Shown piece by piece: positions 42,040-51,920 of a stretch of 64,000 nucleotides of DNA. How positions within the stretch are numbered: the stretch's first letter is position 1; every line of letters starts with the position of its first letter. The notes under the pieces are model-generated. The model saw only the letters and a program-made list of their open reading frames with translations, was not told the origin of the DNA and did not search any database. A program made the position numbers and the translations under genes. The DNA is from an uncultured Saprospiraceae bacterium (GTDB lineage: Bacteria; Bacteroidota; Bacteroidia; Chitinophagales; Saprospiraceae), in contig CAYTZS010000002.1 of assembly GCA_964442355.1 (NCBI GenBank), forward strand, positions 10,775-74,774, written 5' to 3'.

Positions 42040-43725
42040 GTGAACAACCAACTCATCGAATGCGTCCCCAACTTCTCAGAAGGCCGGGACATGGCCATTA
42101 TCAAGCAAATCACCGACGAAATCGAAAGCGTGGAGGGTGTCAAACTGCTAGACGTTGACCCCGGCAAGGCCACCAACCGCACGGTCGTCACCTTCGTGGG
42201 AGCACCGGAGCCAGTAGTCCAGGCTGCCTATTTGGCCATCAAAAAAGCGGCGGAGGTCATTGACATGAGCAAGCACAAGGGCGAACACCCCCGCATGGGC
42301 GCTACCGACGTCTGCCCGCTCATTCCCATCGCCAACATCACAATGGAGGAAACGGCGCAGTGGGCGCACAAACTCGCCGAAAAAGCAGGCAGCGACCTCG
42401 GCATCCCATTTTATATGTACGAAGCTGCTGCCACATCGCCGGAGCGGCGCAACCTCGCTACCATCCGGGCTGGCGAGTACGAGGCACTGCCGGAGAAGCT
42501 GAAAAAACCGGAGTGGAAACCCGACTACGGGCCTGCCGCCTTCAATCCTCGTGCTGGCGCAACGGTCATCGGGGCACGGGATTTCCTTGTAGCCTACAAC
42601 GTGAACCTTAACACCACCTCCGAACGCCGGGCCAACAGCGTAGCCTTCGACGTGCGTGAACAAGGGCGGGTGCTGCGCAAGGGCGACCCGATAGAGGGGG
42701 AGATAGTGAAAGACGAAAACGGCGAACCAGTTCGTGTACCCGGTGCCTGCAAGGCGGTGAAGGGCATCGGTTGGTACATCCCGGAATATGGCGTGGCACA
42801 GGTGAGCATGAACCTGACGAACATCGAAGTGACGCCGCTGCATGTGGCCTTCGAGGAGTGCTGCAAGAGCGCCGATCACCGTGGGATGCGGGTCACTGGC
42901 TCGGAACTCGTTGGCCTCGTGCCGCTGAAAGTGATGACCGAGGCTGGTCGCTATTTTTTGCAAAAACAAAAATGGAGCGCCGGGGTGTCGGAAGAGGAGT
43001 TGATACACATCGCCGTGAAGTCGCTTGGGCTGGACGAACTGGCACCGTTTGACCCCAAGAAAAAAATCATCGAATACCAACTGGCGGACGAGAAATCGGC
43101 CCCGCTCGCCCACATGAACCTGCGGGCCTTCGCCAACGAGACGGCCAAGGACAGCCCTGCCCCTGGAGGCGGCTCCATCTCGGCCTACGTGGGTGCGCTC
43201 GGCGCTGCGCTTGGTACGATGGTCGCCAACCTCAGTGCTGGCAAGCGTGGCTGGGACGACCGCTTGGAGGAGTTCTCTGCTTGGGCAGAAAAAGGCCAGG
43301 CGCTCAAGGACAGCCTGCTTCGCCTCGTGGACGAGGACACCGCTGCCTTCAACCAAATCATGGCCGCCTTCCGTTTGCCGAAGGAAACTGCTGAGGACAA
43401 ATTGGCTCGCAAACATGCCATCCAAGCCGCCACCCGCTACGCCATCGAAACGCCGCTGCGGACGATGGAGGCTGCTTTTGCTACCTTCGAACTGGCCGAG
43501 GCAATGGCCAAAGATGGCAACCCCAACTCGGTGAGCGATGCAGGTGTGGGTGCGCTCTGCGCCCGTGCAGCCGTGCATGGCGCTTGGATGAACGTGAAAA
43601 TCAACGCTGGCAGCCTCGCCGACAAGGAACTGGCAGCCGACTTCCTGAAAAGAGCCGAAACCATCAGGAAGCAAGCGGATGAAATGGAGCAACGAATCGT
43701 GAAACTGGTGGAGGAGAAGATGTAG
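42040..43725 (+). CDS. ftcD: bifunctional glutamate formimidoyltransferase / formimidoyltetrahydrofolate cyclodeaminase
   Basis: 561 aa with a GTG start. The N-terminal IECVPNFSEGRD is the formiminotransferase hallmark. The C-terminal SPAPGGGSISAYVGALGAAL is the cyclodeaminase-domain motif. Confidence 0.9.
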   Translation: MNNQLIECVPNFSEGRDMAIIKQITDEIESVEGVKLLDVDPGKATNRTVVTFVGAPEPVVQAAYLAIKKAAEVIDMSKHKGEHPRMGATDVCPLIPIANITMEETAQWAHKLAEKAGSDLGIPFYMYEAAATSPERRNLATIRAGEYEALPEKLKKPEWKPDYGPAAFNPRAGATVIGARDFLVAYNVNLNTTSERRANSVAFDVREQGRVLRKGDPIEGEIVKDENGEPVRVPGACKAVKGIGWYIPEYGVAQVSMNLTNIEVTPLHVAFEECCKSADHRGMRVTGSELVGLVPLKVMTEAGRYFLQKQKWSAGVSEEELIHIAVKSLGLDELAPFDPKKKIIEYQLADEKSAPLAHMNLRAFANETAKDSPAPGGGSISAYVGALGAALGTMVANLSAGKRGWDDRLEEFSAWAEKGQALKDSLLRLVDEDTAAFNQIMAAFRLPKETAEDKLARKHAIQAATRYAIETPLRTMEAAFATFELAEAMAKDGNPNSVSDAGVGALCARAAVHGAWMNVKINAGSLADKELAADFLKRAETIRKQADEMEQRIVKLVEEKM

Positions 43726-43750
43726 CAATTTCGTTCAAACGCATCAAACA

Positions 43751-44713
43751 ATGATATACATATTGCTTATCCTCGGCTTCGTGCTGCTCATCAAAGGGGC
43801 TGACTGGCTGGTGGACGGCGCTGTATCCGTGGCTAGTCGTTTTGGCGTCTCAGACTTGGTCATCGGATTGACCATCGTGAGCATGGGCACCTCCATGCCA
43901 GAGCTAATCGTGAGCATCATCGCCAGCAACAACGGCAGCTCAGAGTTAGCCATTGGCAACGTGCTGGGCAGCAACATTGCCAATGTGCTGCTCATCCTAG
44001 GCGTCACAGCCATTGTGCGCAACCTGCCCGTGCACCGGAACACCATCTTGTCGGAGGTGCCTTTTTCACTGGCAGCGGCGCTATTGGTCGGCTTCTTGGC
44101 CAATGCTGGAATTGGTGATGAAAACCCAAGCAAGTTGCTCAGCATCAGCCGTTTGGACGGTATAATCATCCTGTTTTTCTTCTTTCTCTTCATGGCCTAT
44201 GTGTTGGTAGTAGCCAAAGAGGGTAAAAAGCAAAAATTAGAAAGCGATGCACCAACAGCGCCAATTTGGAAGAGCATTTTGCTGATAGTAGTGGGCATCC
44301 TTGGTTTGTTCCTCGGTGGAAAATGGGTAGTAGATGGTGCCGTGTACCTTGCCAAGCTCTTCGGCATGAGCGAGACGCTTATCGGCCTGACGGTCGTGGC
44401 GCTCGGCACTTCGTTGCCCGAACTCGTGACGTCCATCATGGCCGCCCTGAAAAAGAACACCGACATCGCTGTGGGCAATGCCGTTGGTTCCAACATCTTC
44501 AACTTGCTCTGGATATTGGGGGTCAGCGCTGTTATCAGGCCCCTGCCATTCGACGTAGCCTCCAATGTGGACATCATGGTGGTCATTGGCTCTAGTTGCA
44601 TGATTTTGTTGGCACTCATCATTGGCAGAAGAATGACGATTAAGCGAATAGAGGGTGTCGTCTTTGTGATGTCGTACATAGCGTATCTTGTCTTCGTTAT
44701 AATGAGGGGATGA
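43751..44713 (+). CDS. CaCA-family cation/Ca2+ antiporter (YrbG-like)
   Basis: 320 aa. It has two alpha-repeats, GTSMPELIVSIIA...GNVLGSNIANVLLILG and GTSLPELVTSIMA...GNAVGSNIFNLLWILG. Confidence 0.85.
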   Translation: MIYILLILGFVLLIKGADWLVDGAVSVASRFGVSDLVIGLTIVSMGTSMPELIVSIIASNNGSSELAIGNVLGSNIANVLLILGVTAIVRNLPVHRNTILSEVPFSLAAALLVGFLANAGIGDENPSKLLSISRLDGIIILFFFFLFMAYVLVVAKEGKKQKLESDAPTAPIWKSILLIVVGILGLFLGGKWVVDGAVYLAKLFGMSETLIGLTVVALGTSLPELVTSIMAALKKNTDIAVGNAVGSNIFNLLWILGVSAVIRPLPFDVASNVDIMVVIGSSCMILLALIIGRRMTIKRIEGVVFVMSYIAYLVFVIMRG

Positions 44714-44775
44714 TTTAAGTCAATACCGCCGCACTACGCTCCCAAAAAATACTACCTTGCTTGTTCTGAAAAAAC

Positions 44776-45087
44776 ATGAAACGCTTCCTTCCATATTCTG
44801 CTGCTTGGCTTTTGGTGCTCTGTCTCATGGCAGTCAATGCAGCACCATTGGTTTTCCCAATAGAAAACGAGGAGCGGGTCTGTGTAAAAATTGCACCCCA
44901 CAACGACAGTTGCCCTGCCGACGGCAAGGAGGAAAAAACTGAATCTTTGAAGTTTGCCCGGCACATTGTTGTCATCCCCCAGTTAAAGTCCAAAAAGCTA
45001 TCTCTGCGCTTTTTGGAGCAACCTCGAAGAACCGTTCGTGACATCTATTGGCCCATTATCTTGCCACCCCCGAAGGTTAGTGTCTGA
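44776..45087 (+). CDS. hypothetical small secreted protein
   Basis: 103 aa with the signal peptide MKRFLPYSAAWLLVLCLMAVNA. I recognise no family. Confidence 0.5.
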   Translation: MKRFLPYSAAWLLVLCLMAVNAAPLVFPIENEERVCVKIAPHNDSCPADGKEEKTESLKFARHIVVIPQLKSKKLSLRFLEQPRRTVRDIYWPIILPPPKVSV

Positions 45088-45255
45088 GCACGATTCCCAT
45101 CATTTAATTTCATTTTTTCATTGGCTGTGCTGCACTCGCAGGGCTTAAAAGGCCGCATGCGATGTCCAGCTTCTGTTGTGCTTTCGAGCAGTAGCAGGCA
45201 AGCCGTTAGGCGGGCAGTCCATTTTTGGTCACAGCCCGCTGCAAAACAATTAATC

Positions 45256-45345
45256 ATGGACTTTTTCAGAGATATTTATCCGCTGGTAGCAGTCGGAATC
45301 ATTGTTCTATTGATTTTGATAGCCATTTTTAAAAAGAAAAAATAG
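45256..45345 (+). CDS. candidate 29-aa single-pass membrane peptide (MDFFRDIYPLVAVGIIVLLILIAIFKKKK)
   Basis: An ATG to TAG ORF with one clean TM helix and a KKKK tail. It is followed by the hairpin at 45364..45390 and lies 171 nt upstream of the MgtA-like ATPase. Confidence 0.3.
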   Translation: MDFFRDIYPLVAVGIIVLLILIAIFKKKK

Positions 45346-45363
45346 GCTTCAGAAATAGCAAGC

Positions 45364-45390
45364 GGCGGGTGTCATATTCTGACACCCGCC
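45364..45390 (+). terminator. hairpin after the small membrane ORF
   Basis: GGCGGGTGTCA-TATTC-TGACACCCGCC, a perfect 11-bp stem. It has no strong U-tract. Confidence 0.4.
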
Positions 45391-45516
45391 GTGCTGTTGC
45401 GACATAACGCCTTTCAGACAATCCCTAAAAGTTATTGACTAAAATCATCCCTTTTCCTGCACCAAATCAACCTGTCCAGCACATTCATTGGCTAATTTCG
45501 ACCGATAATTTATCCA

Positions 45517-48042
45517 ATGAAACCCAGCCCTAATTTTTGGAGAGATAACCCAGCATCGCTTTTCCAGCTGCTCGACACATCGCATGTGGGTCTCACCAAT
45601 GCCGAAGCCAATCGTCGGCTGCGACTATTCCAAACTGGCAAATTGCATCGGCCTACATGGGTTGAAACCATGCTGCTTTTCCTGGCTCAGTTCAAAAACC
45701 CGCTCGTACTTATTCTCGTGTTTGCGGTAGCACTGTCCACGGCGCTGGGCGAGACGACCAATGCCCTTATCATTTTATCCATTTTACTGCTCACGGGTAC
45801 GTTGGGCTTTTGGCAAGAATACAAAGCCGACCGAGCGGTGAAAAAGCTACGGGCACTCGTGCATACGATGACCACCGTGAAACGGAACGGCGTTTGGGAA
45901 AAGGTACACCTTGAAACCATCGTGCCGGGCGATGTAGTCAAGTTGACAGCGTGTGACCTCGTGCCGGGCGACTGCCTCCTCATCAGCGCCAAAGACCTCC
46001 ACGTGAGTGAAGCTGCGCTGACTGGCGAGAGTTTCCCAGTCGAAAAGCACGCTGGTGACTGCCCGGCCGATGCGCCCATCAGCCGCCGCCCAAATGCCGT
46101 TTTTCAAGGCTCCAATGTGGTGAATGGCGAAGCCGAGGCACTGGTTGTACACACGGGCAGCGACACCGAATTTGGAGAAATCGCCCAAAGCCTCGAAAAA
46201 GCGGAAGACGAAACCGCTTTCGAGCAAGGCATCAACCGCTTTGGTTACCTCCTGATGCGAATCACATTCTTGCTGGCAGCGGGCATTCTCGTACTCAACC
46301 TCTTTTCCCATAAACCATTGGTTGCCAGCATCTTGTTCGCCTTGGCACTGGCAGTCGGCTTGGCCCCGGAACTGCTGCCAGCTATCATGGTCACCACACT
46401 CTCGGCAGGTGCGTCGCGCATGGCCAAGCAGAAAGTGATTGTGAAAAAACTCGCCGCCATCCAAAACCTCGGTGCCGTCAACATTCTCTGTTCCGACAAA
46501 ACCGGAACGCTCACAACGGGCGAGGTGCAAGTTCACTCCACGGTCGGGCTGAGTGGGCAGCACTCCGACAAGGTGCGGCTCTTCGCTTGGCTCAATGCCT
46601 TTTTTGAAACCGGTTTCTCCAATCCACTTGACGAAGCCTTGCGGCGTGACGCCGAACCCAAGTTGGGCGCTGAGGGCTACACCAAATTCGACGAAGTGCC
46701 CTACGACTTCATCCGCAAGCGCCTCTCCATCGTGGTGGAAAAGGATGGCCAGCACCTGATGCTCACCAAAGGCGCCCTGCAAAACGTGCTCGAAGTATGT
46801 ACCATGTCGGAAGCGGAAGACGGCAGCCTACACCCACTCGACGAGGTTCGACCCGCTATTTTGGAGCTGTTCAAAAAACAATCGGCGGAGGGCTTCCGCA
46901 CCATCGGCGTGGCGTGGAAGGACGTGACTGGCGACCCCGTCATCAACAAGGACGACGAAGTGGGCATGACTTTCCTCGGCTTTATTTTCCTTTTTGACCC
47001 ACCCAAGCCGGGCATCGTGCAAGCGGTGCAAAGTCTTGAGAAGCTGGGAGTTACCCTCAAAATCATCACAGGCGACAACCGCCTCGCTGCTCGCCACGTT
47101 GCCGACATGCTGGGACTGGAGCACCACACCGTGCTCACGGGCGACCGCCTGCGCCACATCACCGACGAAGGGCTCCCCGCAAAGGCGATGAAAACGGACA
47201 TTTTCGCCGAAATCGAGCCGCACCAAAAGGAGCGCCTCATCCGAGCGCTGCGCTTGGGAGGCAATGTGGTGGGCTATCTCGGTGACGGCATCAACGACGC
47301 TAGTGCCCTGAAGGCTGCCGATGCAGGTGTATCGGTGGACAGTGCGGTGGACGTGGCAAAGGAAGCATCCGACATGATTTTGCTCGAAAAAGACCTGAAC
47401 GTGCTGCGAGCAGGCATCCTCGAAGGGCGCAAAACTTACCTGAACACGCTCAAGTACATTTTCATCACGACCAGCGCCAACTTCGGCAACATGTTCAGTT
47501 TGGCAGGTGTGTCGCTATTTCTCCCATTTTTGCCACTGCTGCCGCAACAGATTCTGCTGCTCAATTTCCTCTCCGACATCCCTGCCCTCGGCATCGCCGC
47601 CGACCGGGTGGACGAGGAACACCTCGCAAAACCCAAGCGCTGGAACGTGCAGCTCATCCGCCGATTCATGACGGTGTTCGGCCTTCAAAGCTCGATTTTT
47701 GACTACCTTACTTTTGGGTTGCTGTTGCTAGTGTTCAAGGTGGACGAAGCACATTTCCAAACGGGATGGTTCGTCGAATCGTGCCTGACGGAACTGTTCA
47801 TCCTGCTCATCGTCCGCACGACCCGGCCAGCTTGGCGCAGCCGCCCCAGCCGATTTTTGGTTTGGGCGAGCCTATTCGTGGCAGCGGCTGTGCTTGCGAT
47901 TCCATATTTGCCCTTCGGGAAAATTATTGGTTTCGACCCGCTTCCCCCGGCCTTGTTACTGGGGATGGTCGGCATTGCAGTGCTGTACGCAGTGATGGCA
48001 GAAGTCACGAAGGGTCGTTTTTTCAAAAAAGCTCATTTGTAA
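45517..48042 (+). CDS. mgtA: Mg2+-transporting P-type ATPase (MgtA-like)
   Basis: 841 aa. It has CSDKTGTLT, TGDN and GDGINDASAL. The length, N-terminus and TM layout resemble MgtA/MgtB rather than heavy-metal or Ca-type pumps. Confidence 0.75.
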   Translation: MKPSPNFWRDNPASLFQLLDTSHVGLTNAEANRRLRLFQTGKLHRPTWVETMLLFLAQFKNPLVLILVFAVALSTALGETTNALIILSILLLTGTLGFWQEYKADRAVKKLRALVHTMTTVKRNGVWEKVHLETIVPGDVVKLTACDLVPGDCLLISAKDLHVSEAALTGESFPVEKHAGDCPADAPISRRPNAVFQGSNVVNGEAEALVVHTGSDTEFGEIAQSLEKAEDETAFEQGINRFGYLLMRITFLLAAGILVLNLFSHKPLVASILFALALAVGLAPELLPAIMVTTLSAGASRMAKQKVIVKKLAAIQNLGAVNILCSDKTGTLTTGEVQVHSTVGLSGQHSDKVRLFAWLNAFFETGFSNPLDEALRRDAEPKLGAEGYTKFDEVPYDFIRKRLSIVVEKDGQHLMLTKGALQNVLEVCTMSEAEDGSLHPLDEVRPAILELFKKQSAEGFRTIGVAWKDVTGDPVINKDDEVGMTFLGFIFLFDPPKPGIVQAVQSLEKLGVTLKIITGDNRLAARHVADMLGLEHHTVLTGDRLRHITDEGLPAKAMKTDIFAEIEPHQKERLIRALRLGGNVVGYLGDGINDASALKAADAGVSVDSAVDVAKEASDMILLEKDLNVLRAGILEGRKTYLNTLKYIFITTSANFGNMFSLAGVSLFLPFLPLLPQQILLLNFLSDIPALGIAADRVDEEHLAKPKRWNVQLIRRFMTVFGLQSSIFDYLTFGLLLLVFKVDEAHFQTGWFVESCLTELFILLIVRTTRPAWRSRPSRFLVWASLFVAAAVLAIPYLPFGKIIGFDPLPPALLLGMVGIAVLYAVMAEVTKGRFFKKAHL

Positions 48043-48107
48043 GTAGGTCATTGAAATTAGTCTAGATTTGGGATTAGATGCAACCAGTTGAAATTCAAGC
48101 AGTTGTC

Positions 48108-48143
48108 CAATCGTAATTCGTAAATCTAAAATCGTAAATCTAC
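48108..48143. repeat. GATTTACGA-word element (reverse orientation), copy 2 of 3
   Basis: CAATCGTAATTCGTAAATCTAAAATCGTAAATCTAC, between the two ATPase genes. Confidence 0.7.
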
Positions 48144-48150
48144 TTAAAAC

Positions 48151-50709
48151 ATGAACTGGCACCTACTCCCCACCGCTGAAGCCCTCCAACTCACGGGCAG
48201 CCAACCGCAGGGCATTACCACCTCCGAGGTGCAGGAGCGGCAGGCAAAGTATGGCCCAAACGCATTGCAGGAAAAAAAGCAGAAACCCGCTTGGTTGATG
48301 TTCATCGGACAGTTCAAGGACCTGATGATTCTGATATTGGCAGCGGCGGCAATCGTGTCGGGATTGGTCGGAGACGTGCAGGACACCGTGGTCATCCTCA
48401 TCATCGTGGCACTGAACGCCGTGGTCGGCTTCGTGCAGGAATACCGGGCAGAGAGGGCGATGGAGGCCCTGAAGAAAATGTCGGCCCCCTCGGCCAATGT
48501 GCTCCGCAACGGTTCTATCCAGCAAATCCCCACTGCCGAGATTGTGCCCGGCGACATCGTGGCGCTCGATGCGGGAACCATGACACCCGCTGACCTGCGC
48601 TTGCTGGAAGCCCATTCCCTCAAAATCGAAGAAGCCTCGCTCACGGGCGAATCGCAGGCAGTGGATAAGCAAATTGCCGAACTCCACGACGAGCAAATGC
48701 CCCTCGGCGACCGCACGAACATGGCCTACAAGGGTACGCTCGTTGCATACGGACGGGGCATGGGCGTGGTAGTGGCCACGGGCATGGACACAGAAATCGG
48801 GCGAATTGCACAGTTGCTGCAAGAGGACGAAACCATGACGCCATTGCAAAAGCGACTCGCCGATTTTGGCAAAAAACTCTCCCTCGGCGTGTTGGGAATT
48901 TGCGTGGTGCTGTTCGCTGTGGGCTTGCTGCGTGGCGAAGAACCCATGCAAATGCTGCTCACCGCCATTTCGGTCGCCGTCGCTGCCATTCCAGAAGCAC
49001 TGCCTGCCGTCGTCACGATTGCACTGGCGCTCGGTGCCCGGCGCATGGTTCGCAAAAACGCTCTCATCCGCAAGTTGCCCGCCGTGGAGACACTCGGCTC
49101 CGTCACTTTCATTTGCACGGATAAAACAGGTACGCTCACGCAAAACAAGATGACCGTTGTCGAAACTTGGACGCCAGACACGCAGCCACCCGACCTACCT
49201 TTTTCACCCAAAGAAACCTTGCTGCGCTGCATGACTCTCAACCACGACGTACGAAAAAACGAGGCTGGGGAATGGTCGGGCGAAAGCACGGAAGTTGCAC
49301 TGGCCGATTTTTCAGAAAAACAACTGCCTGATTTTCAAGCAATTAAATACAAAAGAGCTGGAGAATTGCCTTTCGACTCAGTCCGAAAGCTAATGACGAC
49401 GGTACACCATTTTGAAACGGGCTACCTAGTCGTCACCAAGGGTGCCATTGAGTCCATCTTGGCCGCCTGCGACGACCCTGATGAAATTGCCATGACCGCC
49501 GCAGCCGAGCGCATGGGGCATGGGGGCCTGCGGGTCATTGCCTACGGCTGCAAACTGCTCGGCGAGCTACCCGAAAAGCTCAGTTTTTCGACCCTCGAAA
49601 CGGGCTTGCAGGTCGTCGGGTTGGCAGGGCTGACCGACCCTCCGAGGGAGGAAGCGGCGCAAGCCATCCGGGATTGCCGAACGGCGGGCATTGTGCCTGT
49701 GATGATCACTGGCGACCATTTGGTGACGGCAGCCGCCATCGCCCGGCAAATTGGGATTTTGGAAAAACCATCGGACAAAATGGTGAGCGGCACGGAATTG
49801 CTGGCGATGACCGAGGAGGAACTTGAGCAACAAATCGAGCAAATCAAGGTGTACGCAAGGGTGTCGCCAGAGCAGAAGTTGCAGATTGTCAAGGCGTTGC
49901 AGCACAAGGGGCACTTCGTTGCCGTGACGGGTGACGGCGTGAACGATGCCCCAGCATTGCGCCGGTCAAACATTGGCGTGGCGATGGGTATCACAGGCAC
50001 CGACGTGTCGAAAGAGGCGGCGCACATGGTCTTGCTCGATGATAATTTTGCCACAATTCTAAAGGCAGTGCGGGAGGGTCGGCGAATTTTCGAGAACGTG
50101 CGCAAGTTCATCAAGTACATCCTGACGGGCAACAGCGGTGAAATCTGGACGATTTTTCTCGCCCCGTTGGCGGGGTTGCCCATTCCGCTGCTCCCCATCC
50201 ACATCCTCTGGGTCAACCTCGTGACGGACGGCCTGCCCTCGCTTGCCCTGGCTGGGGAGCCTGCCGAAAAAGACCTGATGCAACTGCCGCCACGCCCGCC
50301 CAGTGAGAACATCTTTGCAAAAGGGCTGGGGTTCCATGTGCTTTGGGTGGGCTTGCTGATGGGCGCTGTCTGCCTTGGTGTGCAGGCTTGGGCGATGGAA
50401 CAACACGACCCCAAATGGCAGACCTACGTGTTCACCGTGCTTTGCTTCAGCCAGATGGGACACGTGATGGCCATTCGCAGTGAGCGGTTTTTCTTGTTCA
50501 GACAGGGGTTGTTCAGCAACCCGGCGCTGTTGGGCTCTGTCTTGCTGACGTTTTTGCTTCACTTGGCAATACTGTACGTACCTGCCCTGCAAGCGATATT
50601 TTCAACAAAGCCATTGACAATCAATGAATTGGGGGCGTGTATTCTGGTTTCACTCGTGGTTTTTCATGCGGTGGAATTGGAAAAATTGGTGAGGGGTTGG
50701 CGGAGTTGA
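48151..50709 (+). CDS. cation-transporting P-type ATPase, type IIA (Ca2+-ATPase-like)
   Basis: 852 aa. It has ICTDKTGTLTQNKM, TGDH and GDGVNDAPAL. The N-terminal LTGSQPQGITTSEVQERQAKYGPN is typical of PMCA/SERCA-like bacterial pumps. Confidence 0.85.
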   Translation: MNWHLLPTAEALQLTGSQPQGITTSEVQERQAKYGPNALQEKKQKPAWLMFIGQFKDLMILILAAAAIVSGLVGDVQDTVVILIIVALNAVVGFVQEYRAERAMEALKKMSAPSANVLRNGSIQQIPTAEIVPGDIVALDAGTMTPADLRLLEAHSLKIEEASLTGESQAVDKQIAELHDEQMPLGDRTNMAYKGTLVAYGRGMGVVVATGMDTEIGRIAQLLQEDETMTPLQKRLADFGKKLSLGVLGICVVLFAVGLLRGEEPMQMLLTAISVAVAAIPEALPAVVTIALALGARRMVRKNALIRKLPAVETLGSVTFICTDKTGTLTQNKMTVVETWTPDTQPPDLPFSPKETLLRCMTLNHDVRKNEAGEWSGESTEVALADFSEKQLPDFQAIKYKRAGELPFDSVRKLMTTVHHFETGYLVVTKGAIESILAACDDPDEIAMTAAAERMGHGGLRVIAYGCKLLGELPEKLSFSTLETGLQVVGLAGLTDPPREEAAQAIRDCRTAGIVPVMITGDHLVTAAAIARQIGILEKPSDKMVSGTELLAMTEEELEQQIEQIKVYARVSPEQKLQIVKALQHKGHFVAVTGDGVNDAPALRRSNIGVAMGITGTDVSKEAAHMVLLDDNFATILKAVREGRRIFENVRKFIKYILTGNSGEIWTIFLAPLAGLPIPLLPIHILWVNLVTDGLPSLALAGEPAEKDLMQLPPRPPSENIFAKGLGFHVLWVGLLMGAVCLGVQAWAMEQHDPKWQTYVFTVLCFSQMGHVMAIRSERFFLFRQGLFSNPALLGSVLLTFLLHLAILYVPALQAIFSTKPLTINELGACILVSLVVFHAVELEKLVRGWRS

Positions 50710-50710
50710 A

Positions 50711-51688
50711 TCATTTCACCAAAGGCCGCTTTTTGATCATCCCGCCCTTCGTGTCCTTCACTTCCCCGAACACGATAAACGCATCTGGGTCCACTTTTTC
50801 CACTTCCTTTTTCAGCTTGGAAAGCTCCAACCGCGTGATGACAGTGAACACGATGTCCGTTGGCTTCAACTGCTCGCCCCGCTTGCCGAAGCCCCGCTTG
50901 CCGTTGTAAATGGTGACGCCCCTGCCCATTTTCTCGGTGATAGCTAGGCGAACTTCCTCGCTGTAAAGCGAAATAATCGTCACCCCGATGTATTCTTCAA
51001 TGCCCTCGATGATGAAATCCACCGTTTTGGAGGCAGCCAAATACGTGAGGATGGCGTAGAGCGCTACCTCCACCGACAAAATGTAAGCGCCAAAAGAAAA
51101 TATGATGATATTGAAAACGAGGATGACGTCCCCGACGGTAAGGCTAGTATTTCGGCTGATCCAAACGGCCATGACCTCCGTACCGTCAATAACCGCCCCG
51201 CCCCGAATGGCCAACCCAATGCCCATGCCAAGGAAAAAACCGCCAAAAACGGCGATGAGCAGCTTGTCTTCTGTGACTGTGGGGAACTGAACGAAATGCA
51301 CCACCACGGCCAGCAACACAATGGCAGCGGCACTTTTGATGGCGAAGTTGCGGCTGATGGTTCTGATGCCCATCACCAAAAATGGCAGGTTGATGAGCAC
51401 CAACAAGACCGAAAGTGAGATGCCCGTGACAACCTCTGTCAGCAGTGAAATACCCGTGACGCCACCATCAATAAACTGGTTCGGCAACAAAAAACCTCGG
51501 AGACCGAATGCCGCCGACGCAACCCCCAAGCAGATGAAAAGCACATCTTTGGCAAAGGCGGTTAGGTCTATCCGAAAATTGAACGCCTCCTTTTCCAATA
51601 CCTTGCGGGGTATCCGAGTACCAGGGTGCGTTTTTTGGATGTGCTTTTTAACGACATCGTTGATGATTTGCTGAAACAGTGGCATCAT
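50711..51688 (-). CDS. YitT-family membrane protein with a C-terminal DUF2179 domain
   Basis: Trimmed to the ATG at 51688 (MMPLFQQ...). It has a multi-pass N-terminal region and a C-terminal GVTIYNGKRGFGKRGE...DIVFTVITRLELSKLK. Confidence 0.8.
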   Translation of the reverse strand: MMPLFQQIINDVVKKHIQKTHPGTRIPRKVLEKEAFNFRIDLTAFAKDVLFICLGVASAAFGLRGFLLPNQFIDGGVTGISLLTEVVTGISLSVLLVLINLPFLVMGIRTISRNFAIKSAAAIVLLAVVVHFVQFPTVTEDKLLIAVFGGFFLGMGIGLAIRGGAVIDGTEVMAVWISRNTSLTVGDVILVFNIIIFSFGAYILSVEVALYAILTYLAASKTVDFIIEGIEEYIGVTIISLYSEEVRLAITEKMGRGVTIYNGKRGFGKRGEQLKPTDIVFTVITRLELSKLKKEVEKVDPDAFIVFGEVKDTKGGMIKKRPLVK

Positions 51689-51920
51689 AGGCGTTTGCTT
51701 TTGCGCTAAAATAACAGAAAAAATCAACCACCTCACCACTCGAACAACTAACCCTATCATTTTGCACCATTGCCGCCGAGACGAATGTCGCCCACAACAG
51801 CTTGAAACACCAGCCTTTTTGCGCCATTTGCTAGTTTTGTAAAAAATCCATCAAAAATCAGCGACACCGCTTGCTCCTGAGCATCGGTGCAAGTTGATGT
51901 TTACAAAGTGCCTTTAAAAA

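Noticed and set aside
42148-43728. Long antisense ORFs opposite well-supported genes: 42148..43728(-), 55621..56616(-), 39853..40704(-), 36299..37552(+), 28762..29988(-), 23913..24854(-), 22986..23894(-), 48163..49143(-), 45847..46782(-), 20717..21724(+), 21956..22753(+), 11615..12529(+)
   Set aside because: These are shadow ORFs typical of high-G+C coding DNA. Their composition is Arg/Gly/His/Val-rich and low-complexity, and they contain no recognisable motifs. Each fully overlaps a gene with strong family signatures on the other strand.
45346-45516. M-box (Mg2+ riboswitch) or mgtL-type proline leader upstream of the MgtA-like gene
   Set aside because: No M-box-like conserved segments are visible, and there is no short Pro-rich ORF. 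Only a plain hairpin is present.
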